Source: Auanema rhodensis (taxonomy: Eukaryota; Animalia; Nematoda). Taken from it: 64,000 nucleotides of DNA. The first letter of the stretch is position 1, and each line of letters opens with the position of its first letter. Positions 44,001 to 55,401 of the stretch are shown piece after piece. The notes beneath the pieces are model-generated. The model searched no databases. It was not told where the DNA came from and was given only the letters and a program-made list of their open reading frames with translations. Location of the stretch: NCBI GenBank assembly GCA_964057225.1, contig OZ059898.1:20150001-20214000 (forward strand). The letters are read 5' to 3'. Position numbers and translations under genes: made by a program.

Positions 44001-47000
44001 ACGTGAACTTTAATTTATGCTAATTAAGTGTACACGTGATGTGCACTTGGTATGTAACTCGCTTCACGTGAAAGATAAAGAGATGCGGTTTTCAAAATTA
44101 GATTCCCCATGTCCATATTAGTCTAAAAACAAATTTTTATTGATATTGGTGCATGGCAACCATGACTTTAAAATTTACGTGTACTTTAATTTATGCTAAT
44201 TAAGTGTACACATGATGTGCACTTGGTATGTAACTCGCTTCACGTCAAAGATAAAGAGATGCGGTTTTCAAAATTAGATTTCGCATGTCCATATTAGTCT
44301 AATAACAAATTTTTATTGATATTGGTGCATGGTAACCATGACTTTGAAATTTACGTGAACTTTAATTTATGCTAATTAAGTGTACACGTGATGTGCACTT
44401 GGTATGTAACTCGCTTCACGTGAAAGATAAAGAGATGCGGTTTTCAAAATTAGATTCCCCATGTCCATATTAGTCTAAAAACAAAATTTTTTATTGATAT
44501 TGGTGCATGGCAACCATGACTTTCAAATTTACGTGAACTTCAATTTATGCTAATTAAGTGTACACGTGATGTGCACTTGGTATGTAACTCGCTTCGCGTC
44601 AAAGATAAAGAGATGCGGTTTTCAAAATTAGATTCCTCATGTCCATATTAGTCTAAAAACGAATTTGTATTGATATTGGTGCATGGTAACCATGACTTTG
44701 AAATTTACGTGGACTTTAATTTATGCTAATTAAGTGTACACGTGATGTGCACTTGGTATGTAACTCGCTTCGCGTCAAAGATAAAGAGATGCGGTTTTCA
44801 AAATTAGATTCCTCATGTCCATATTAGTCTAAAAACAAATTTTTATTGATATTGGTGCATGGCAACCATGACTTTAAAATTTACGTGTACTTTAATTTAT
44901 GCTAATTAAGTGTACACATGATGTGCACTTGGTATGTAACTCGCTTCACGTCAAAGATAAAGAGATGCGGTTTTCAAAATTAGATTCCCCATGTCCATAT
45001 TAGTCTAAAAACAAATTTTTATTGATATTGGTGCATGGCAACCATGACTTTAAAATTTACGTGTACTTTAATTTATGCTAATTAAGTGTACACATGATGT
45101 GCACTTGGTATGTAACTCGCTTCACGTCAAAGATAAAGAGATGCGGTTTTCAAAATTAGATTTCGCATGTCCATATTAGTCTAATAACAAATTTTTATTG
45201 ATATTGGTGCATGGTAACCATGACTTTGAAATTTACGTGAACTTTAATTTATGCTAATTAAGTGTACACGTGATGTGCACTTGGTATGTAACTCGCTTCA
45301 CGTGAAAGATAAAGAGATGCGGTTTTCAAAATTAGATTCCCCATGTCCATATTAGTCTAAAAACAAAATTTTTTATTGATATTGGTGCATGGCAACCATG
45401 ACTTTCAAATTTACGTGAACTTCAATTTATGCTAATTAAGTGTACACGTGATGTGCACTTGGTATGTAACTCGCTTCGCGTCAAAGATAAAGAGATGCGG
45501 TTTTCAAAATTAGATTCCTCATGTCCATATTAGTCTAAAAACGAATTTGTATTGATATTGGTGCATGGTAACCATGACTTTGAAATTTACGTGGACTTTA
45601 ATTTATGCTAATTAAGTGTACACGTGATGTGCACTTGGTATGTAACTCGCTTCGCGTCAAAGATAAAGAGATGCGGTTTTCAAAATTAGATTCCTCATGT
45701 CCATATTAGTCTAAAAACGAATTTTTATTGATATTGATGCATGGTAACCATGAGTTTGAAATTTACGTGAACTTTAATTTATGCTTATTAAGTGTACACG
45801 TGATGTGCACTTGGTATGTAACTCGCTTCACGTGAAAGATAAAGGGATGCGGTTTTCAAAATTAGATTCCCCATGTCCATATTAGTCTAAAAACGAATTT
45901 TTGTTGATATTGGTGGATGGTAACCATGACTTTGAAATTTACGTGAACTTTAATTTATGCTAATTAAGTGTACACGTGATGTGCACTTGGTATGTAACTC
46001 GCTTCACGTGAAAGATAAAGAGATGCGATTTTCAAAATTAGATTCCCCATGTCCATATTAGTCTAAAAACAAATTTTTATTGATATTGGTGCATGGTAAC
46101 CATGACTTTGAAATTTACGTGAACTTTAATTTATGCTAATTAAGTGTACACGTGATGTGCACTTGGTATGTAACTCGCTTCACGTGAAAGATAAAGAGAT
46201 GCGGTTTTCAAAATTAGATTCCCCATGTCCATATTAGTCTAAAAACAAATTTTTATTGATATTGGTGCATGGTAACCATGACTTTGAACGTGAAAGATAA
46301 AGAGATGCGGTTTTCAAAATTAGATTCCTCATGTCCATATTAGTCTAAAAACGAATTTTTATTGATATTGATGCATGGTAACCATGACTTTGAAATTTAC
46401 GTGAACTTTAATTTATGCTTATTAAGTGTACACGTGATGTGCACTTGGTATGTAACTCGCTTCAAGTGAAAGATAAAGAGATGCGGTTTTCAAAATTAGA
46501 TTCCCCATGTCCATATTAGTCTAAAAACAAATTTTTATTGATATTGGTGCATGGTAACTATGACTTTGAAATTTACGTAAACTTTAATTTATGCTAATTA
46601 AGTGTACACATGATGTGCACTTGCTATGTAACTCGCTTCACGTCAAAGATAAAGAGATGCGGTTTTCAAAATTAGATTTCGCATGTCCATATTAGTCTAA
46701 AAACAAATTTTTATTGATATTGGTGCATGGTAACCATGACTTTGAAATTTACGTGAACTTTAATTTATGCTAATTAAGTGTACACGTGATGTGCACTTGG
46801 TATGTAACTCGCTTCACGTGAAAGATAAAGAGATGCGGTTTTCAAAATTAGATTCCCCATGTCCATATTAGTCTAAAAACAAATTTTTATTGATATTGGT
46901 GCATGGCAACCATGACTTTAAAATTTACGTGTACTTTAATTTATGCTAATTAAGTGTACACATGATGTGCACTTGGTATGTAACTCGCTTCACGTCAAAG

Positions 47001-50000
47001 ATAAAGAGATGCGGTTTTCAAAATTAGATTTCGCATGTCCATATTAGTCTAATAACAAATTTTTATTGATATTGGTGCATGGTAACCATGACTTTGAAAT
47101 TTACGTGAACTTTAATTTATGCTAATTAAGTGTACACGTGATGTGCACTTGGTATGTAACTCGCTTCACGTGAAAGATAAAGAGATGCGGTTTTCAAAAT
47201 TAGATTCCCCATGTCCATATTAGTCTAAAAACAAAATTTTTTATTGATATTGGTGCATGGCAACCATGACTTTCAAATTTACGTGAACTTCAATTTATGC
47301 TAATTAAGTGTACACGTGATGTGCACTTGGTATGTAACTCGCTTCGCGTCAAAGATAAAGAGATGCGGTTTTCAAAATTAGATTCCTCATGTCCATATTA
47401 GTCTAAAAACGAATTTGTATTGATATTGGTGCATGGTAACCATGACTTTGAAATTTACGTGGACTTTAATTTATGCTAATTAAGTGTACACGTGATGTGC
47501 ACTTGGTATGTAACTCGCTTCGCGTCAAAGATAAAGAGATGCGGTTTTCAAAATTAGATTCCTCATGTCCATATTAGTCTAAAAACGAATTTTTATTGAT
47601 ATTGATGCATGGTAACCATGAGTTTGAAATTTACGTGAACTTTAATTTATGCTTATTAAGTGTACACGTGATGTGCACTTGGTATGTAACTCGCTTCAAG
47701 TGAAAGATAAAGAGATGCGGTTTTCAAAATTAGATTCCCCATGTCCATATTAGTCTAAAAACAAATTTTTATTGATATTGGTGCATGGTAACTATGACTT
47801 TGAAATTTACGTAAACTTTAATTTATGCTAATTAAGTGTACACATGATGTGCACTTGGTATGTAACTCGCTTCACGTCAAAGATAAAGAGATGCGGTTTT
47901 CAAAATTAGATTCCTCATGTCCATATTAGTCTAAAAACAAATTTTTATTGGTATTGGTGCATGGCAACTATGACTTTTAAATTTACGTGTACTTTAATTT
48001 ATGCTAATTAAGTGTACACATGATGTGCACTTGGTATGTAACTCGCTTCACGTGAAAGATAAAGGGATGCGGTTTTCAAGATTAGATTCCCCGTGTCCAT
48101 ATTAGTCTAAAAACGAATTTTTATTGATATTGATGCATGGTAACCATGAGTTTGAAATTTACGTGAACTTCAATTTATGCTAATTAAGTGTACACGTGAT
48201 GTGCACTTGGTATGTAACTCGCTTCGCGTCAAAGATAAAGATATGCGGTTTTCAAAATTAGATTCCTCATGTCCATATTAGTCTAAAAACGAATTTGTAT
48301 TGGTATTGGTGCATGGCAACCATGACTTTGAAATTTACGTGAACTTTAATTTATGCTAATTAAGTGTACACGTGATGTGCACTTGGTATGTAACTCGCTT
48401 CACGTGAAAGATAAAGAGATGCGGTTTTCAAAATTAGATTCCCCATGTCCATATTAGTCTAAAAACAAAATTTTTTATTGATATTGGTGCATGGCAACCA
48501 TGACTTTCAAATTTACGTGAACTTCAATTTATGCTAATTAAGTGTACACGTGATGTGCACTTGGTATGTAACTCGCTTCGCGTCAAAGATAAAGAGATGC
48601 GGTTTTCAAAATTAGATTCCTCATGTCCATATTAGTCTAAAAACGAATTTGTATTGATATTGGTGCATGGTAACCATGACTTTGAAATTTACGTGGACTT
48701 TAATTTATGCTAATTAAGTGTACACGTGATGTGCACTTGGTATGTAACTCGCTTCGCGTCAAAGATAAAGAGATGCGGTTTTCAAAATTAGATTCCTCAT
48801 GTCCATATTAGTCTAAAAACGAATTTTTATTGATATTGATGCATGGTAACCATGAGTTTGAAATTTACGTGAACTTTAATTTATGCTTATTAAGTGTACA
48901 CGTGATGTGCACTTGGTATGTAACTCGCTTCACGTGAAAGATAAAGGGATGCGGTTTTCAAGATTAGATTCCCCGTGTCCATATTAGTCTAAAAACGAAT
49001 TTTTATTGATATTGATGCATGGTAACCATGAGTTTGAAATTTACGTGAACTTCAATTTATGCTAATTAAGTGTACACGTGATGTGCACTTGGTATGTAAC
49101 TCGCTTCGCGTCAAAGATAAAGATATGCGGTTTTCAAAATTAGATTCCTCATGTCCATATTAGTCTAAAAACGAATTTGTATTGATATTGGTGCATGGTA
49201 ACCATGACTTTGAAATTTACGTGGACTTTAATTTATGCTAATTAAGTGTACACGTGATGTGCACTTGGTATGTAACTCGCTTCGCGTCAAAGATAAAGAG
49301 ATGCGGTTTTCAAAATTAGATTCCTCATGTCCATATTAGTCTAAAAACGAATTTTTATTGATATTGATGCATGGTAACCATGAGTTTGAAATTTACGTGA
49401 ACTTTAATTTATGCTTATTAAGTGTACACGTGATGTGCACTTGGTATGTAACTCGCTTCACGTGAAAGATAAAGGGATGCGGTTTTCAAGATTAGATTCC
49501 CCGTGTCCATATTAGTCTAAAAACAAATTTTTGTTGATATTGGTGGATGGTAACCATGACTTTGAAATTTACGTGAACTTTAATTTATGCTAATTAAGTG
49601 TACACGTGATGTGCACTTGGTATGTAACTCGCTTCAAGTGAAAGATAAAGAGATGCGGTTTTCAAAATTAGATTCCCCATGTCCATATTAGTCTAAAAAC
49701 AAATTTTTATTGATATTGGTGCATGGTAACTATGACTTTGAAATTTACGTAAACTTTAATTTATGCTAATTAAGTGTACACATGATGTGCACTTGGTATG
49801 TAACTCGCTTCACGTCAAAGATAAAAAGATGCGGTTTTCAAAATTAGATTCCTCATGTCCATATTAGTCTAAAAACAAATTTTTATTGGTATTGGTGCAT
49901 GGCAACTATGACTTTTAAATTTACGTGTACTTTAATTTATGCTAATTAAGTGTACACATGATGTGCACTTGGTATGTAACTCGCTTCACGTGAAAGATAA

Positions 50001-53000
50001 AGGGATGCGGTTTTCAAGATTAGATTCCCCGTGTCCATATTAGTCTAAAAACGAATTTTTATTGATATTGATGCATGGTAACCATGAGTTTGAAATTTAC
50101 GTGAACTTCAATTTATGCTAATTAAGTGTACACGTGATGTGCACTTGGTATGTAACTCGCTTCGCGTCAAAGATAAAGATATGCGGTTTTCAAAATTAGA
50201 TTCCTCATGTCCATATTAGTCTAAAAACGAATTTGTATTGATATTGGTGCATGGTAACCATGACTTTGAAATTTACGTGGACTTTAATTTATGCTAATTA
50301 AGTGTACACGTGATGTGCACTTGGTATGTAACTCGCTTCGCGTCAAAGATAAAGAGATGCGGTTTTCAAAATTAGATTCCTCATGTCCATATTAGTCTAA
50401 AAACGAATTTTTATTGATATTGATGCATGGTAACCATGAGTTTGAAATTTACGTGAACTTTAATTTATGCTTATTAAGTGTACACGTGATGTGCACTTGG
50501 TATGTAACTCGCTTCACGTGAAAGATAAAGGGATGCGGTTTTCAAGATTAGATTCCCCGTGTCCATATTAGTCTAAAAACAAATTTTTGTTGATATTGGT
50601 GGATGGTAACCATGACTTTGAAATTTACGTGAACTTTAATTTATGCTAATTAAGTGTACACGTGATGTGCACTTGGTATGTAACTCGCTTCAAGTGAAAG
50701 ATAAAGAGATGCGGTTTTCAAAATTAGATTCCCCATGTCCATATTAGTCTAAAAACAAATTTTTATTGATATTGGTGCATGGTAACCATGACTTTGAAAT
50801 TTACGTGAACTTTAATTTATGCTAATTAAGTGTACACGTGATGTGCACTTGGTATGTAACTCGCTTCACGTGAAAGATAAAGAGATGCGGTTTCCAAAAT
50901 TAGATTCCCCATGTCCATATTAGTCTAAAAACAAATTTTTATTGATATTGGTGCATGGTAACCATGACTTTGAACGTGAAAGATAAAGAGATGCGGTTTT
51001 CAAAATTAGATTCCTCATGTCCATATTAGTCTAAAAACGAATTTTTATTGATATTGATGCATGGTAACCATGACTTTGAAATTTACGTGAACTTTAATTT
51101 ATGCTTATTAAGTGTACACGTGATGTGCACTTGGTATGTAACTCGCTTCAAGTGAAAGATAAAGAGATGCGGTTTTCAAAATTAGATTCCCCATGTCCAT
51201 ATTAGTCTAAAAACAAATTTTTATTGATATTGGTGCATGGCAACCATGACTTTAAAATTTACGTGTACTTTAATTTATGCTAATTAAGTGTACACATGAT
51301 GTGCACTTGGTATGTAACTCGCTTCACGTGAAAGATAAAGAGATGCGGTTTTCAAAATTAGATTCCCCATGTCCATATTAGTCTAAAAACAAATTTTTAT
51401 TGATATTGGTGCATGGCAACCATGACTTTAAAATTTACGTGTACTTTAATTTATGCTAATTAAGTGTACACATGATGTGCACTTGGTATGTAACTCGCTT
51501 CACGTCAAAGATAAAGAGATGCGGTTTTCAAAATTAGATTTCGCATGTCCATATTAGTCTAATAACAAATTTTTATTGATATTGGTGCATGGCAACCATG
51601 ACTTTCAAATTTACGTGAACTTCAATTTATGCTAATTAAGTGTACACGTGATGTGCACTTGGTATGTAACTCGCTTCGCGTCAAAGATAAAGAGATGCGG
51701 TTTTCAAAATTAGATTCCTCATGTCCATATTAGTCTAAAAACGAATTTGTATTGATATTGGTGCATGGTAACCATGACTTTGAAATTTACGTGAACTTTA
51801 ATTTATGCTAATTAAGTGTACACGTGATGTGCACTTGGTATGTAACTCGCTTCGCGTCAAAGATAAAGAGATGCGGTTTTCAAAATTAGATTCCTCATGT
51901 CCATATTAGTCTAAAAACGAATTTGTGTTGATATTGGTGCATGGTAACCATGACTTTGAAATTTACGTGGACTTTAATTTATGCTAATTAAGTGTACACG
52001 TGATGTGCACTTGGTATGTAACTCGCTTCGCGTCAAAGATAAAGAGATGCGGTTTTCAAAATTAGATTCCTCATGTCCATATTAGTCTAAAAACGAATTT
52101 TTATTGATATTGATGCATGGTAACCATGAGTTTGAAATTTACGTAAACTTTAATTTATGCTAATTAAGTGTACACATGATGTGCACTTGGTATGTAACTC
52201 GCTTCACGTCAAAGATAAAAAGATGCGGTTTTCAAAATTAGATTCCTCATGTCCATATTAGTCTAAAAACAAATTTTTATTGGTATTGGTGCATGGCAAC
52301 TATGACTTTTAAATTTACGTGTACTTTAATTTATGCTAATTAAGTGTACACATGATGTGCACTTGGTATGTAACTCGCTTCACGTGAAAGATAAAGGGAT
52401 GCGGTTTTCAAGATTAGATTCCCCGTGTCCATATTAGTCTAAAAACGAATTTTTATTGATATTGATGCATGGTAACCATGAGTTTGAAATTTACGTGAAC
52501 TTCAATTTATGCTAATTAAGTGTACACGTGATGTGCACTTGGTATGTAACTCGCTTCGCGTCAAAGATAAAGATATGCGGTTTTCAAAATTAGATTCCTC
52601 ATGTCCATATTAGTCTAAAAACGAATTTGTATTGATATTGGTGCATGGTAACCATGACTTTGAAATTTACGTGGACTTTAATTTATGCTAATTAAGTGTA
52701 CACGTGATGTGCACTTGGTATGTAACTCGCTTCGCGTCAAAGATAAAGAGATGCGGTTTTCAAAATTAGATTCCTCATGTCCATATTAGTCTAAAAACGA
52801 ATTTTTATTGATATTGATGCATGGTAACCATGAGTTTGAAATTTACGTGAACTTTAATTTATGCTTATTAAGTGTACACGTGATGTGCACTTGGTATGTA
52901 ACTCGCTTCACGTGAAAGATAAAGGGATGCGGTTTTCAAGATTAGATTCCCCGTGTCCATATTAGTCTAAAAACAAATTTTTGTTGATATTGGTGGATGG

Positions 53001-54923
53001 TAACCATGACTTTGAAATTTACGTGAACTTTAATTTATGCTAATTAAGTGTACACGTGATGTGCACTTGGTATGTAACTCGCTTCAAGTGAAAGATAAAG
53101 AGATGCGGTTTTCAAAATTAGATTCCCCATGTCCATATTAGTCTAAAAACAAATTTTTATTGATATTGGTGCATGGTAACTATGACTTTGAAATTTACGT
53201 AAACTTTAATTTATGCTAATTAAGTGTACACATGATGTGCACTTGGTATGTAACTCGCTTCACGTCAAAGATAAAGAGATGCGGTTTTCAAAATTAGATT
53301 TCGCATGTCCATATTAGTCTAAAAACAAATTTTTATTGATATTGGTGCATGGTAACCATGACTTTGAAATTTACGTGAACTTTAATTTATGCTAATTAAG
53401 TGTACACGTGATGTGCACTTGGTATGTAACTCGCTTCACGTGAAAGATAAAGAGATGCGGTTTCCAAAATTAGATTCCCCATGTTCATATTAGTCTAAAA
53501 ACAAATTTTTATTGATATTGGTGCATGGTAACCATGACTTTGAACGTGAAAGATAAAGAGATGCGGTTTTCAAAATTAGATTCCTCATGTCCATATTAGT
53601 CTAAAAACGAATTTTTATTGATATTGATGCATGGTAACCATGACTTTGAAATTTACGTGAACTTTAATTTATGCTTATTAAGTGTACACGTGATGTGCAC
53701 TTGGTATGTAACTCGCTTCAAGTGAAAGATAAAGAGATGCGGTTTTCAAAATTAGATTCCCCATGTCCATATTAGTCTAAAAACAAATTTTTATTGATAT
53801 TGGTGCATGGCAACCATGACTTTAAAATTTACGTGTACTTTAATTTATGCTAATTAAGTGTACACATGATGTGCACTTGGTATGTAACTCGCTTCACGTC
53901 AAAGATAAAGAGATGCGGTTTTCAAAATTAGATTTCGCATGTCCATATTAGTCTAATAACAAATTTTTATTGATATTGGTGCATGGCAACCATGACTTTC
54001 AAATTTACGTGAACTTCAATTTATGCTAATTAAGTGTACACGTGATGTGCACTTGGTATGTAACTCGCTTCGCGTCAAAGATAAAGAGATGCGGTTTTCA
54101 AAATTAGATTCCTCATGTCCATATTAGTCTAAAAACGAATTTGTATTGATATTGGTGCATGGTAACCATGACTTTGAAATTTACGTGAACTTTAATTTAT
54201 GCTAATTAAGTGTACACGTGATGTGCACTTGGTATGTAACTCGCTTCGCGTCAAAGATAAAGAGATGCGGTTTTCAAAATTAGATTCCTCATGTCCATAT
54301 TAGTCTAAAAACGAATTTGTATTGATATTGGTGCATGGTAACCATGACTTTGAAATTTACGTGGACTTTAATTTATGCTAATTAAGTGTACACGTGATGT
54401 GCACTTGGTATGTAACTCGCTTCGCGTCAAAGATAAAGAGATGCGGTTTTCAAAATTAGATTCCTCATGTCCATATTAGTCTAAAAACGAATTTTTATTG
54501 ATATTGATGCATGGTAACCATGAGTTTGAAATTTACGTGAACTTTAATTTATGCTTATTAAGTGTACACGTGATGTGCACTTGGTATGTAACTCGCTTCA
54601 CGTGAAAGATAAAGGGATGCGGTTTTCAAGATTAGATTCCCCGTGTCCATATTAGTCTAAAAACAAATTTTTGTTGATATTGGTGGATGGTAACCATGAC
54701 TTTGAAATTTACGTGAACTTTAATTTATGCTAATTAAGTGTACACGTGATGTGCACTTGGTATGTAACTCGCTTCACGTGAAAGATAAAGAGATGCGGTT
54801 TTCAAAATTAGATTCCCCATGTACATATTAGTCTAAAAACAAATTTTTATTGATATTGGTGGATGGTAACCATGACTTTGAAATTTACGTGAACTTTAAT
54901 TTATGCTAATTAAGTGTACACGT
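14069..54923. repeat. 176-bp tandem satellite DNA (satellite B), left arm, about 234 monomers with higher-order structure
   Basis: GTGTACAC recurs at 14247, 14423, 14599... (period 176). All monomers are in one orientation. Includes five 106-bp and five 178-bp variant monomers. Confidence 0.98.
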
Positions 54924-54941
54924 TTGTTTGTTTGTTTGTTT
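54922..54941 (-). repeat. LINE 3' tail (AAAC)5
   Basis: GTTT x5 on the + strand, directly adjoining the satellite. The first GT is shared with the target. Confidence 0.93.
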
Positions 54942-54944
54942 ATT
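54939..54944 (-). promoter_or_regulatory. Putative polyadenylation signal AATAAA
   Basis: TTTATT on the + strand, overlapping the start of the (AAAC)n tail. Confidence 0.55.
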
Positions 54945-55401
54945 GATCTCACCACAGGTTATGACATAAATGAATCAACAACATGTGAAATGCTTAATGT
55001 AACCTTACAGTGGATAATTAAAAAAAAGAAAAGACTGAGAAATGAAAAGGGCAGTGGAAGTGACCATACCAGCTATAAACACACATATATGTATATATAT
55101 ATATATTCATCTATATACGCTTCTCTTAGATCTTATCATAGCGAACTACTCTGATTGTGGGCAGGTGCGGTGGAACTCAAAAGAGAGTCAAGCCCGTTCT
55201 GAGCACAGTGTAGTAACTGCATTTCATTCGTACGACTAATGTCTGTAAAATAAAAATGCAGGAAAATGTATGTGAACCAATAGGTCATTAACAAGAAATT
55301 GACAAAATATGATGAACAAATTATATAAATAATCAATGAGCTTATGGAGAAAAAGAAAGAAAAACAAGCTAATTTTTCTACAAAGACAAAATAAGAAAAA
55401 A
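54942..55401 (-). other. LINE 3' UTR (about 460 nt)
   Basis: Lies between the ORF2 stop and the tail. Has U-rich tracts on the sense strand. Confidence 0.85.
55085..55106. repeat. Interrupted (TA)n microsatellite in the LINE 3' UTR
   Basis: ATATATGTATATATATATATAT. Confidence 0.85.
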
